Made by a program: the position numbers and the translations under genes
Shown: positions 10,677 to 22,334 of the stretch, in pieces
How the letters are laid out: each line of letters begins with the position of its first letter
How positions within the stretch are numbered: position 1 is the first letter of the stretch
NCBI GenBank assembly: GCA_000934665.2
Contig: JYFJ02003248.1
Span: forward strand, 1 to 44,556
From: Catajapyx aquilonaris
Lineage: Eukaryota
Length of the DNA stretch: 44,556 nt
Direction of reading: 5' to 3'
The notes under the pieces: generated by a model
What the model was told of the DNA's origin: nothing
Databases searched by the model: none
Seen by the model: the letters and a program-made list of their open reading frames with translations, nothing else

Positions 10677-13600
10677 TGATAAAACTGATAAAATAATCAG
10701 ATTAGTGCCAATAAAATAATAGCCACATTAGTAGGACAGGTATTATGAATCACCTTGTATTTACTTATTAACATCTTCATTAATAAAACCTGAGTAAGAG
10801 ATTTAAATAATTATTATAGTCGAGTAATACTGGCATGTAACTTCCGACATTATAACATGGAGACTAATCGCAAAACAATGGTTCCAACTTACAATGAGTG
10901 TATTTATAGCCTTCCCAAACGCACATGTGTGGTGAAACAATATATACGTCCATCATATTTCATTGACTGTAATGTAATATTAGCATAATAGATTACAGTC
11001 ATACACATCGTATTGCGTGTTATGGACTAAAATAATACTGTATAACTGATATATACCGGAACTTGTGTTCATAATAATTATTGGAATGGCAAATACAGGC
11101 AAATACATTGCCGAATGGGTTCTACTGGCAGTAAATGTTTGAATGAATGAGATGTGAGCTGTAGAGGAGTTGAACTGAATTTATTCATAAGTAATTATTT
11201 TTCTAATTCCCTTATTCAGATAACGACATTCGGGAATAACATTTCGTAATAGAATTTTGCAAGCAAAATGTAATTATTAATGAAAAACAGCATTGATATA
11301 AATCTGGACTATAATTATCTTGGCTTTGATTCGCTTTCTAGCTCACCACGCCTATGAAATTACGCCATTAACACAACAGAAACGGGTCTCTTGTGAATTG
11401 CAATGCTAACACTTTGCAAAATGGAGGTTGGCCATGTCTACTCCCCCTTCCTTTATATGCAAACTTTTCAACATGCTGGGCATTGTTTCCATGCCGCTTT
11501 TTTTTACTCCCCCCGGAGACCTCTGTGAAAACGGCCGTATTTTCCCTCGGTTGTTGAAGAGGTTGGAGATGTCTGTTGTGGTCTATCGACTTTCGAGCTC
11601 GGAATTTGTCAAGCCCTGTTTTCAATTCCGGATATTGACTCTTGTCTGCTCGATTTCATATATATTTTAAAAACCAAGCACCATGTACTCGTGCTATAGA
11701 ACGGCTCTCACATCTCTGAAAATATGCAAATTATTTTCCAGCAGAGAGCTTTTTTCACTTCATATCATAATAATGTATTTAAGTTAGATGAATAAACTGA
11801 CAATAACAGTCATCACATATACTGCTAAAGTGTTTCAGTGTTTACATTGATCTTTATAAGGTATTGTGGAGTTATTAATTTTTGAACATGCAAAATTCAT
11901 GTTATGTGGTGCGCAAGAGCCATAAATACAAATTTTAAATATGATTTAAGCTTGTGGCCTTAGGTTTACAGAGAAATATCCCTCCTTGTTTAAAAAGGCA
12001 CTTCTTGCAGAGGTTTAGAAGGGATCGATATTGAAGATTACCTTAATTGGAACAAATTCTCGGTATTTGTGTCCAAGTCCTACTAAGCCAGAACTGCTTA
12101 AACCGGTAATTCCTTAGAAAAGTTACCTTCAGCTCTAATCGCATTTAATTATGCACCATCTTGGAAGGATTAAGATATCGGCTTTACTTTTGAATTGGAA
12201 CGACGACATCGGAGATTCCAAGGATTTTGTCTGTGGCAAATGAGATGTGGCAAGAGCGCAAGGTCAAATCGAATCATTTCCTCAGATGAAAGTTACCTTT
12301 GGCACGACCTGGTTGCTCAAGCATACGTAAAATTTTGCCGAGACGGAGTTACAGCAGCAGCATGGATGACACTATCAGCCTGAAACAACTGTTGTCGTGG
12401 CATCTTGCTGATAAGCAAAGAAAGCGAATATTTTCTTGAAGAGACAAAAATGTGCCACTATATTCGTGGCAAAGAGAGGCAAGTGTTGCAAAGTGGGCCA
12501 GAGTCTCTCATCCGATGTTCCCTATACTATCTTCCTGGTGCATTTCCCGTATACATCAAGATAATTATGTCACTTTCATCTCCGCTCCGTTTAGGCAACC
12601 CAGTGTAAACTATTGGGCCATTTACACACTCACAAGGAACCCTGTCTAGGATCATCTACTATTTGTTGCTTTTATAGGTCTAGATCCTGTTTCCTCACTT
12701 CTAGCTGGAATTTCAATACCGTAACTAAAAACACAGTGAGAATAGTGAGTGACTCCTGCACTTCGCAGATTGGCTTGTGCATATCTACCACAATCAGGAC
12801 TCTGTGTAAATTGCTAATTAATCCTCTTTTGTCCCCATTAACGACCCAGAACCATCAAAGAAACAATCTTTCCATTGAAAACTCCCCATTGATCTGTGCA
12901 GTTCCAGAGAGAGAGAAAAAAAACTCTTATTTGAATCAAACCATGTGCGTCCATTATGAAGACTATTACGCAGGCTGGAAACGCGACGAGTCCTCATTTA
13001 AATATCATCCGCGTGCTTTTTCGCCCTGCGCAAAATCTCGTATGCAAATATATTCGCAAGGGAAAGCCGGGGATTAGCGACTAGCGGGACGCAAGGGTTA
13101 TTTAAATGCCCTGTGATCAAGCAGGCCTTATGCACCCAATAAAACAAGATCAAAATTTAATTCTCCTGCTTTTCCAAGCGGTCCTGCCAATCTGAACCAG
13201 GGGGGAAGAGCCAATTAATTATTAATCCAACTTTCCACACGCTATCAAGTAATAATGTTAACACGGGAATTTAGTAGGCGGGAGTCTAGTATCGATCATT
13301 TTACTAGTGGTGATAGTTGTTGAATTAGGGCACATGCCGCAATTTTTAACTCGATTCATAACTCTTTAATGGTATGTGGATTATTCTAGTGTGATTTGTG
13401 CAATTTTGATTGGGCATAATGCGATAATTATGGAAGCTAGGAGTAAGATATAGGTATTTTAATTTTGTAATCAACAAGCGGTAATTGCAATAATAGCATT
13501 TTTATACAGTGCATGTGAGGCAAAGTAAGTAGGAAGATGCTGGAAAATCCTGCATATAAATGTACAGTACTGTACATTGCAGGGGCCCGTACAGTGTAAT

Positions 13601-16600
13601 TATTAAATTAAATATCCACGTTTAATAGTATGATGCAAACGAGGGCGTCACCAGAATTATCTAGTCCCTCAGGAACCAACTGAGTTTTTGTCTGCTGCGG
13701 TGACGCTTTCGACCAAAAAAGGGGAGAGGATGGTACAGCCACATGTCTCCAAAGGCTGACAAGAACTCCAAATGAAGATATATTCTGGTCACGTGCGGGA
13801 GCACCGGGACAGATAACGAACTTCTGCTTTGTGACGGTGAAGACATGCAAATCAGACCGCATTAACCTAATCGGACGACGGCTGTTATTCGGACTATGAT
13901 GACATACATACGATCGTAATAATGGTCGTACACTAGTAATATAGTTATGCAGTGAAAACATGGTTTACATCGCCGATACACGCAGCATAATATGTATAAT
14001 AAAGCACATAATAAATGCAAATAAAATTATTGCGTAACATTGTTGGATTATTAAATTTCATAAATTAATAATTATAGCAAATCTAATAATGTCACTTTTA
14101 AAGGTTCGTGTCTCTTGAAGCTGCCTGATTCATGGCATCTCTCGGATTACTCTCGATTGACTACCATGTATGGTGTCGGTTTTAGCAATCGACTTAATCC
14201 TCGTCGAAGGTTGGGTCGGGAATGCTGATCACGTAACGAAGAGATCAAACGAAAAGTGTTACAGGGATATACATCGTATTGCGCAATAACTTTCGGAGAT
14301 GTCGGTGCGTAAACACACCACACTTTCTATGCAGAATGTTTGCACCATTTTATGTCACTATGCCTATTCGTATAGTGATACTGCAGCACTACATATGCGA
14401 CTATATATTCCTGCAATTGGTGTGTGCTTCATCATAAAAGGGATTGCAAAATTCCACCTGTGCCCTTGGTGAAGTCGTATGCAACATGCAACACATAGTC
14501 ATGACGATATTTGGAAATCGGAACATATATTGATGGAAAGATATATTCAACATGTTCCCGGCTGACATATATACATAACCACAGAATCGAATTTAAAATC
14601 TAGAGATACTTTGTGCAAGTCGTTCACTTATTTGGCTTACTTCATCACCCACGAGGCTACCACAAAGGATTTTCCATTGTGTGCAGCACTTAGGCAAGAC
14701 AATTGCTGATGATATTTTAAAGAAGATCTTGTTTGTTGAAAAAAGCGGATCGTCGGAGTGAACAAAGCAGGCTTCATCGATCCTCCTCTTGGATATACGA
14801 CGCTATATACACCGCCTGAGTGTCGTGACGGGGCATGCAACGAGCATCGCACCTATACCGCTGTCAGGGTCGCATAAACAATCACTTTTTCTACCATTAT
14901 GAATATTAATCGAGCCAGCGACAGGCGTCGAATAAAACAGGAAATATCCCCAGAATATTTGTACCAGAACCTATCTCCTTTAGTTTCACTAATAAAGCAA
15001 CAGCAATGCCAATAGCATATTTTAACAAAATGATGCTTGAAATTGCTGTATAAAAAACAAAAACAAATTATTTAATACAGCAATTATTTTGCATAAATAA
15101 TAATATGTGAAGAATGTCATCCTGATCCTTCATAATATAATCTGAAATAGTCGTGTAAGTTATTGAGGAGATGCGGAAATGGCCACATGCGAAGGTTAGA
15201 GGTATATTTAGCCGTGGCCCTCATTCAAGGGAAATTGCCAACAAAATTAGGCGCGGGAGACAAATATTGCTACGTAATAAATTAGAATTGTCCAGTCACG
15301 GTTATTTTCGGATTAATCTTGCTATGATCGGTGTTAGAAATCAGTGCTATAAAGTCACCAGTAATAGTAATATTAAGTTTGCAGTTCCAGGTAAAAAGAT
15401 CAAAATGACATGGTGAGGAGATCATAATTATTAGTCTGTTTATCAGAAAACAATGTTAAATGTAAACGTGACAAATTAAAATATTGATGATCACAAAATT
15501 TATGCTGCTGTTTATAGGCGCTAAGCTTCCCGGGAGATCAGTTGCAACAGTTACAGTACTTCCCACAACATGTTAATCCTCTGTGGGATTGGTTTTTCAT
15601 TGAATATGGGTGATGTGGTCCACTGTGCTGACTGCTGATATTTGAAAAAGCTGCAATTCATTCTTCCCTCCCAAAAATTCGCATTTTGTATTCAGTTTTG
15701 ATCCAGCAAGTCTTCTTGTCATGTACTGTACAGTTTGGTCTAATAAAATAATCAAATATTATTAGTTCCATATGTTTTGGCGGAAGCCAGAATTTTATTA
15801 TCCAACGTGACTGGGGCACAAGTTTCTTCATTGCCTGAAACTCGAAATTCAGTCTCTCTTAGGTTGGAAGAATGAAAGAAAACTTTTTCTTCGAATCCAT
15901 TCAAACTTGCTGCTGCTCGAAGAAGATTTTTTTTCTTAGTTCGTCAAGCTTGACAAGTAAAAAAGTTTTCAGAACGACCCTCTTCAAGAGCGACAAACAG
16001 CATACTCCTTACACCGGGAAAGAAGTGAGACTAAATTAGTAACCAGATTACAGGGAAAGGAAGTTAGTACTATTTGAATAAGGTTCTTCTTTGAAGCTAA
16101 ATAATTAGTTTGACACTTTGGCCTCAAGCAGAATGTAATAATGAAGTTGAAGACTGCGTATTACTACACGACAATTAATTGCAGGTCGGGACGTTATTCC
16201 CTAACGCAGAGTTACACTATGTATAAAGAGGAAAAGCACTACACTACCGGTATGTCGTGCCACTTGAGGAAAAAATATAATAAAACCGACAATGTAATTA
16301 TGGGATGTCATACAGTAAACTGCTTGCAGAGGCAACCAGCAACCACAAAAATCAGAAATCAATCCACAATACAGAGGGCACTGTGGGACAACATTTATTA
16401 TAATGGAACACCTATCAGATGATACTGAACCCTCTGGGGTTTCTCAATCCTGCCAAATTGCTTGCTCTGTGACTCCCTGGGGAAATTTTGTGGGGGATTT
16501 GTTGGCAAAATGTACAGCAGTTCCGTATACTATGAGAGAGTGAAAGTGCGCTTTTTATTTCTTTTCACCTCTAGAAGCGAGATTACGTTTTACTCTATAT

Positions 16601-17947
16601 AGTGTACGTAGGGATAAACCAGCACTTCTAACACATCAATTCGGTTTTACAAGAAAACCTATTGATCACATCAGTTTTGTTGGTTATACAGTAACCCTGC
16701 TCAAATCCCAGCAACCATTTAATTTCATGGAATCAGACGACCCTGCAGAGCGTGATTTTCATTTATGCAACGCGTAGAATTTATTGGATACGGTAACCTA
16801 TTTCCTATGCCTTAAAAACCGCTATGTAATCGATCTCAATATTGCTTATAATATTACAGACTTTCACACATCTCTTTTTCTATCATTCCTTTCCGAATAT
16901 TAAAGTTATATGGTGACGTCTGCAAGCAGCAATATCCCTATAGAATTGATCTGGGTGAAATTTTTCTTCCAAAACACCCAGAAAATTGAATGGCTGGTGT
17001 TGGCACGACGAAGTGAAAATGATACTTGAGAAGAGATATCCTGCAGTGTTGTGAAAGCATCGATTATATAGCCATGGATTTATCCGGAAGGTAACCTTAT
17101 AAAAATGAACGCTATACCTCCCAATATATCATGGAAAAGTAGAAATAGAGAAAGAGAACGAGAATAATAATTTTAATTGAATAAAATAGACATAACATAC
17201 TGCAATTACAGTCAATGCGCTCTAATGTGGTTATTAAGTCTATACATGCGGAATGGGAACAAAAAATTAGTATGCTGTGAACAGCATTAATTGACTTCCC
17301 TATCCGGAATGTTTATGGTGGAAATATTTTGCATTCGGGATGTGGTCTCGCAGTACACTTAATTAGATTAAGAGGATTTCATAACTTCGTAATTAGAGTG
17401 AGCTCTGCACTCATCAGTTAACACACAATAACACAAACAATTTAATGAGGCAGTTTAGCAATTACTGAACGTGTATAATGAAATATTTTGGTTCGCATAA
17501 AGGCAGCAGCCCAGACAGATGTCGCACAACAGTACTATACATCTTCCTTTCTTTAAATGGACACATCTTCTGACGACATGGAGACAAATGAAATGACAGT
17601 CGACAAAATAGACAGTAAAACTACTATTTAATGGTTCATAATGGCATTACTATTCTCTAGTTAAATTAATATTATATGACTGATGTTAATACATAATTCT
17701 AATGCACAGAGCAATAAAAACTAATGTTGATTTTCCAGTGGAAAAATACCACATTTAGCGTAATGGAACATACGTTACAGTTGCATAATTTTCATTATTC
17801 GAAGAGAATAATAGGTCGTGCGTAAATGTCATCCATATTCATCAGGCGCCAACTATGTCACATGCCATGTTTAAAATATCTCGGTACTGTAGAGCACACA
17901 ACACACGTGCTGTCGTATACTTACCAATGATTCTGACATTCTAAGTA

Positions 17948-18197
17948 GAACTTTTGAGCATCAGAGGATCACTTTATCCATCATACACCGTATACTCTGG
18001 AGGTGTCTTTGGTCTCCACAGCCTCTCTATCACTCTATTCGCTCTATTTTGCACTGTAGTATGCGGTATTCGCGATATGCATAGGAAATGGTACAATGAG
18101 ACTTTGGATTATGATAATTATATATCATAGTAACGAGGCTACTGGAGAAGCAATGACACATGCAGAGGTAAAGGTATCCTCTGGTGCTCCTAAGTTC
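17948..18197. mobile_element. Degenerate MITE-like fold-back element about 170 bp upstream of the first identified cyclase exon
   Basis: gaacttttgagcatcagaggatcacttta pairs with taaaggtatcctctggtgctcctaagttc. Inner arms ctctggaggtgtctttggtctcca and tggagaagcaatgacacatgcagag also pair. Confidence 0.7.
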
Positions 18198-18363
18198 ACC
18201 CTACAGAAACTCTTAATCATTATGATACACCCGATCAACATACTTGTCACATAATTAAGTTACACATAATTACACATAATTAAGTTACATTATTATCTTG
18301 AAAGTGTATATCGCTTATACTGACCTACAATAAATTCTGACGAGGTATTTCTGTTATTTTCAG

Positions 18364-18498
18364 AAGTCTGGACTGGAACTGGATGACTTATACGGAGCAT
18401 ATTGGGTCCGACTGAAGCACTGGCTATTTCTGTCCTTTCTTTTTGTCACTTCCATTTGCATAGCCATTTACCTCCTGCTAGCCTTCGTATATGGTCAC
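18364..18498 (+). CDS. Ac76E: Adenylate cyclase (AC2/Ac76E-like) exon: pre-membrane motif and TM1, KSGLELDDLYGAYWVRLKHWLFLSFLFVTSICIAIYLLLAFVYGH
   Basis: ttattttcag acceptor and gtaagt donor; 135 nt, phase 0/0. Contains the cyclase-like EL..LY..Y motif followed by a hydrophobic helix. Too short to appear in the ORF track. Confidence 0.8.
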
Positions 18499-21389
18499 GT
18501 AAGTAAAACCTTATTGTATCATGTCATCATAATTATATTACACGAGTTATATACCCATTGAAATTTAGACGGGTCCAGCGCCATAAGCGTGGAAGATAAC
18601 TTCCGACTATAATGAGCAAATGATACAAAATGTTGGAAACTAATTACGCGGCACAGTAACTGTACCCTAATTGAGGAATAGCGTTTTATCACATTTATAT
18701 GGCCAAATGAAGCATGAGGTTCATGTCAGAAATGTCAAAAATGCGTAATTTCATATGCAGCGATTGCACTGCAAATAGAAAAATATAAATCTAGCTTTAT
18801 CATATGCTACTCATCACTTGCATGTATTCTATGCCGGACATTTCGGCAGAAATCAAACCATAATTATAGCAAGAACCAATGACAATCAAGGAGAAACTTG
18901 GCACTTTCTGTGTATGGCTGTCTCCCTCTAACTTCCTCCCAAACTTCCGATGCAACATTAGAATAGAAGCCTTAGATAGAGTAATCTTTCCCAATAAAAA
19001 TATATCCACAAACTAGAGAGAAAAACATTTTCTATATTATTTCAACCAACTTTAGTAAAATGCTTTAATCGAGTTAGCTTCATGACAGAGTCGCATTTCA
19101 GCCACCAATTATTACTAGGCTATTCACTGCACCACTAAAAAAAGCCACATTCCAGTTGATTTCTGAAGTAATATTATTAGTATAGTATAGTATACTGGAA
19201 AAAAATCGGAGACCTCATCAGGACTACAATCTTAGCCGTACCTATAGACAATGTATATTAATTCAAATATGACCTTAAAAGATATGCTGATAAGCCGATT
19301 TGCCTGCAAAAACACCATATGTTTCCTGCAAATTACAAATTGCCTTACAGCGTCGCAGAAATACTTTCATGTTTCATCCTCTTTTGAAACGTGGTTGTAA
19401 GAAGTATTATGAGAGTGCCTCGTTAGTTGATAACAGAGCACAGAGTAAATGAATTCCGGGCCTGAGAAACTTGAACCAGTTTTGCCAAAGGCTCAAGTAT
19501 TAATATTTTGCTGCCTCGCTATGGATGCCACTTCGTTAGCAATTCCTTCAGTGAGGCCGGGGTCGCAATTAAACTCAAGCCACCATATTCTTGGAAGTCT
19601 TTGACTCGATGGTCATTTATATGTTCCAAGTTTCGTAAAGATACCGCGGATTACTCCCTCTTGTGCTATCGCATACTATATGTATACCGGGTAAGGAATA
19701 TGTACATATATCCCCTAACTTTGTGAATCAATACGCTAACCTTTGTGAGACAAGGAAATTATGGACAATAAACTGGATAAGCTGCAGTTTGCATCCTGTA
19801 CCATTTTGTTACATGCATGCAGAGGATAAATATAGGCCGTTGCATGATAGTGAAGTACTGTGTGTAATACGGCGAAATTGTAATTACATTGAGGTTATTT
19901 GCGTCCTCTTCAATGAAAAACATGATGAAAAAGACCAATTTTTGGAAAGGCAATTCCTTTTGATACGCTTCATTAGTGAGCATTCAGTGGAACTTGTGGA
20001 AATATGTCATCAACAGTATATACGACATAATGCTTTTGCGCAGGAGGGTTTGTTTCATGGGTCAGTACCACCAACTATATAAAAAGAAGTTGCCGTACTG
20101 CAGTTCCTTGACTTTGTACAATCTTAGCGGTTCTTTTAGGATGCCAGCCCACGTACCCTCTAAAAATAAACCTGGATCTAGCTTAGTTTTGGGCAATTTC
20201 ATTCGCCAAGTTCCTGTTGCCACCTAGACAAGCTTACCCGCTCACAAAGGACGGTCTCTTTTTATTACGACGATTTTTTGTGTTATATCCCTATAGTGTC
20301 GAAATGGTCTACCACAGCTGGGTGAACGTGGGCATAAAATATGCCGCGAACTTTTAGATGAAGCTTATTTCTTTTCGCCCCGAAATGGAGATTGCTAGGT
20401 TGGAATAGGCCGCCTGAGAAATTAGCTTACTAGACTAAAATTGCGGAGTAAAACGCGAACCGGGTGTAAATCATGGTCTTGACATATATGAATTTCATCT
20501 CATAATGTAAGCAGTCGAGCACCACATATTTGCGACAAAAAAAGCACAAACTCACCTCTATCTGATTGGCTGGCTGTGTGTGTGTGGAGCCATCGTTTTT
20601 TAGGCCTACATGAATAATATGGATGGGCGATATGGAAATTTCTACTCAACTGGGTTCCAAAAACGAATCGTACTGCTCGTGTGCAAATGAACCGAATTCC
20701 CACTCTCATTGAATAGTTAGCGTGGGATGAGCTGGCATTGTTGAGAAACATCGGATAGAATAGTCTCCGGTTTCCAATTTGCGGTCACAAAACATGGTGC
20801 CATCGGTTCGTGCAAAATGGGATCTGTGTTGACTATCACACCATTCCGTACTAATGGAATTCTCACATTTTGTTGTGTGTCAGGGTCTTGTGAGTTTAAT
20901 AGCGCACTGCTCGATTATATGTAAATAGGCGAATTGTGTATTTTCCTTGCAAAACGTACGAAAAGGCACAGGTGGGATTACTTCAAATGTTTATCCAGGT
21001 TACTGTACATGACGTAATAGAGAACATCATGACGCATGTTGTGGTGTTAAATGCAGTTAGTAAACTATATGAAGCCTTTTCTTTGTTGCATGCATGTGCA
21101 ACAAAGTAAATAACAAAATTCGATTTACCTAATGTGTGGTATACACATAAAAGATACATGACGTAATTATTTTAAAATGTTTAAAATGCTTCCAGGACAC
21201 ATGAGATTACATAATCTTTCAGCAAGGATTTTATAGTCCTACAAAGTTCCTGGATATTTTTGTGACATTTTATGGTAGTCACCTTCATAAACTCCTTCCG
21301 ACTTGAGCCGTATCACCCTGTAGACGTCTATGAAATAATAAGTCACCGCATATGTGAAAGCATATCTTACATATCCAATCTCGTTTCAG

Positions 21390-21568
21390 AATTTTGACGA
21401 TGCCCTGCCCCAGATATCCGTCTTATTTCTGACGATGGGCCTGCTCCTGACCTTCTTCGTGTTATGTCAAGTTCCGGCCCTCCAACAGGAAAAAATATCC
21501 GTCTTGTCATCCCTGATCGTCTGCTCAGCTTTATCCTCCTGCATTTTTCTCGCCACTTTTCTAAACAG
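21390..21568 (+). CDS. Ac76E: Adenylate cyclase exon, TM2-TM3 (NFDDALPQISVLFLTMGLLL...CIFLATFLN)
   Basis: tttcag acceptor and gtgaga donor; 179 nt, phase 0/2, compatible with both neighbouring exons; two hydrophobic segments. Confidence 0.85.
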
Positions 21569-21813
21569 GTGAGATTTATTCATGCAGAGCCACCTCAGGC
21601 CTTGCTTCCATTAACTTGATGAACCTTGACGAGTAAACAACGACCTTGTGATAATATTTGAGTAAGTAGGCACCTGGCTGACCTGTCACTTGTTAATCCC
21701 TGTTCAATATGTGAGAATCTGCGAATGGAATGGAATACGCTGTCACTAAGATTTTAACAGAAGTATAGATGGCGCCAGGTTTCCATGAGAACAAGAAAGA
21801 TGGAGCATCTGTA

Positions 21814-22092
21814 CAGTGTTGGACATGAATCGTGTCATACTGCCTGCGACATTTTCTGATGCGGCACAAGTGCAAATAGAAGTGACAGAGTGTGAGCCAT
21901 GCGAGTAAGAAGAGGTAGGCCTTGAGTGACGTCACCGGGTGGGTGGCAATGGAGAAAAGGCTTGTCCCCAGCCTGTGACGTCACCCAAGGGCTACGATTT
22001 CTTACTCGCACGGCTCGCACTCTATCACTTCGATTTGCACTTCTGCCGCTAGCAGTATGACGGAATCCGGACGGAATTAATGTCCAGCACTG
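21814..22092. mobile_element. Tc1/mariner-type MITE (279 bp) with long imperfect TIRs and TA target duplication
   Basis: TA|CAGTGTTGGACAT ... ATGTCCAGCACTG|TA. The arms stay complementary for about 120 bp up to GTGACGTCAC at each inner end. CAGTG termini with TA flanks are characteristic of Tc1-like elements. Confidence 0.88.
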
Positions 22093-22159
22093 TACGAATA
22101 ATATTTTAAAATTTAGTGAATAGTATTACTAATACACTATTTTTTATTGGCCTTTTCAG

Positions 22160-22334
22160 TCCAAATCGAGCTGCAGACCATCTCCTGCCTTTGTACACAT
22201 TGGTATTCTGCTCCCATACAATGATGCCCCTGCCCAGGATGGTGGCCCTCTTGGTCAGCTTGGGGATCACCGCTGTCCATCTGCTGCTGGTTTGCTTTTT
22301 TGTGGATGACTATCTCGACCAAATCGTCTATCAG
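22160..22334 (+). CDS. Ac76E: Adenylate cyclase exon, TM4-TM5 (SPNRAADHLLPLYTLVFCSHTMMPLP...DQIVYQ)
   Basis: ttttcag acceptor and gtaaga donor; 175 nt, phase 2/0. HTMMPLP corresponds to the family YTMLP motif. Confidence 0.9.

Noticed and set aside
12613..13077. Longest ORF in the track (154 aa)
   Set aside because: Non-ATG start, composition typical of random sequence, no domain motif.
19663..20082. 139-aa ORF in a cyclase intron
   Set aside because: Non-ATG start, no motif and no splice signals.
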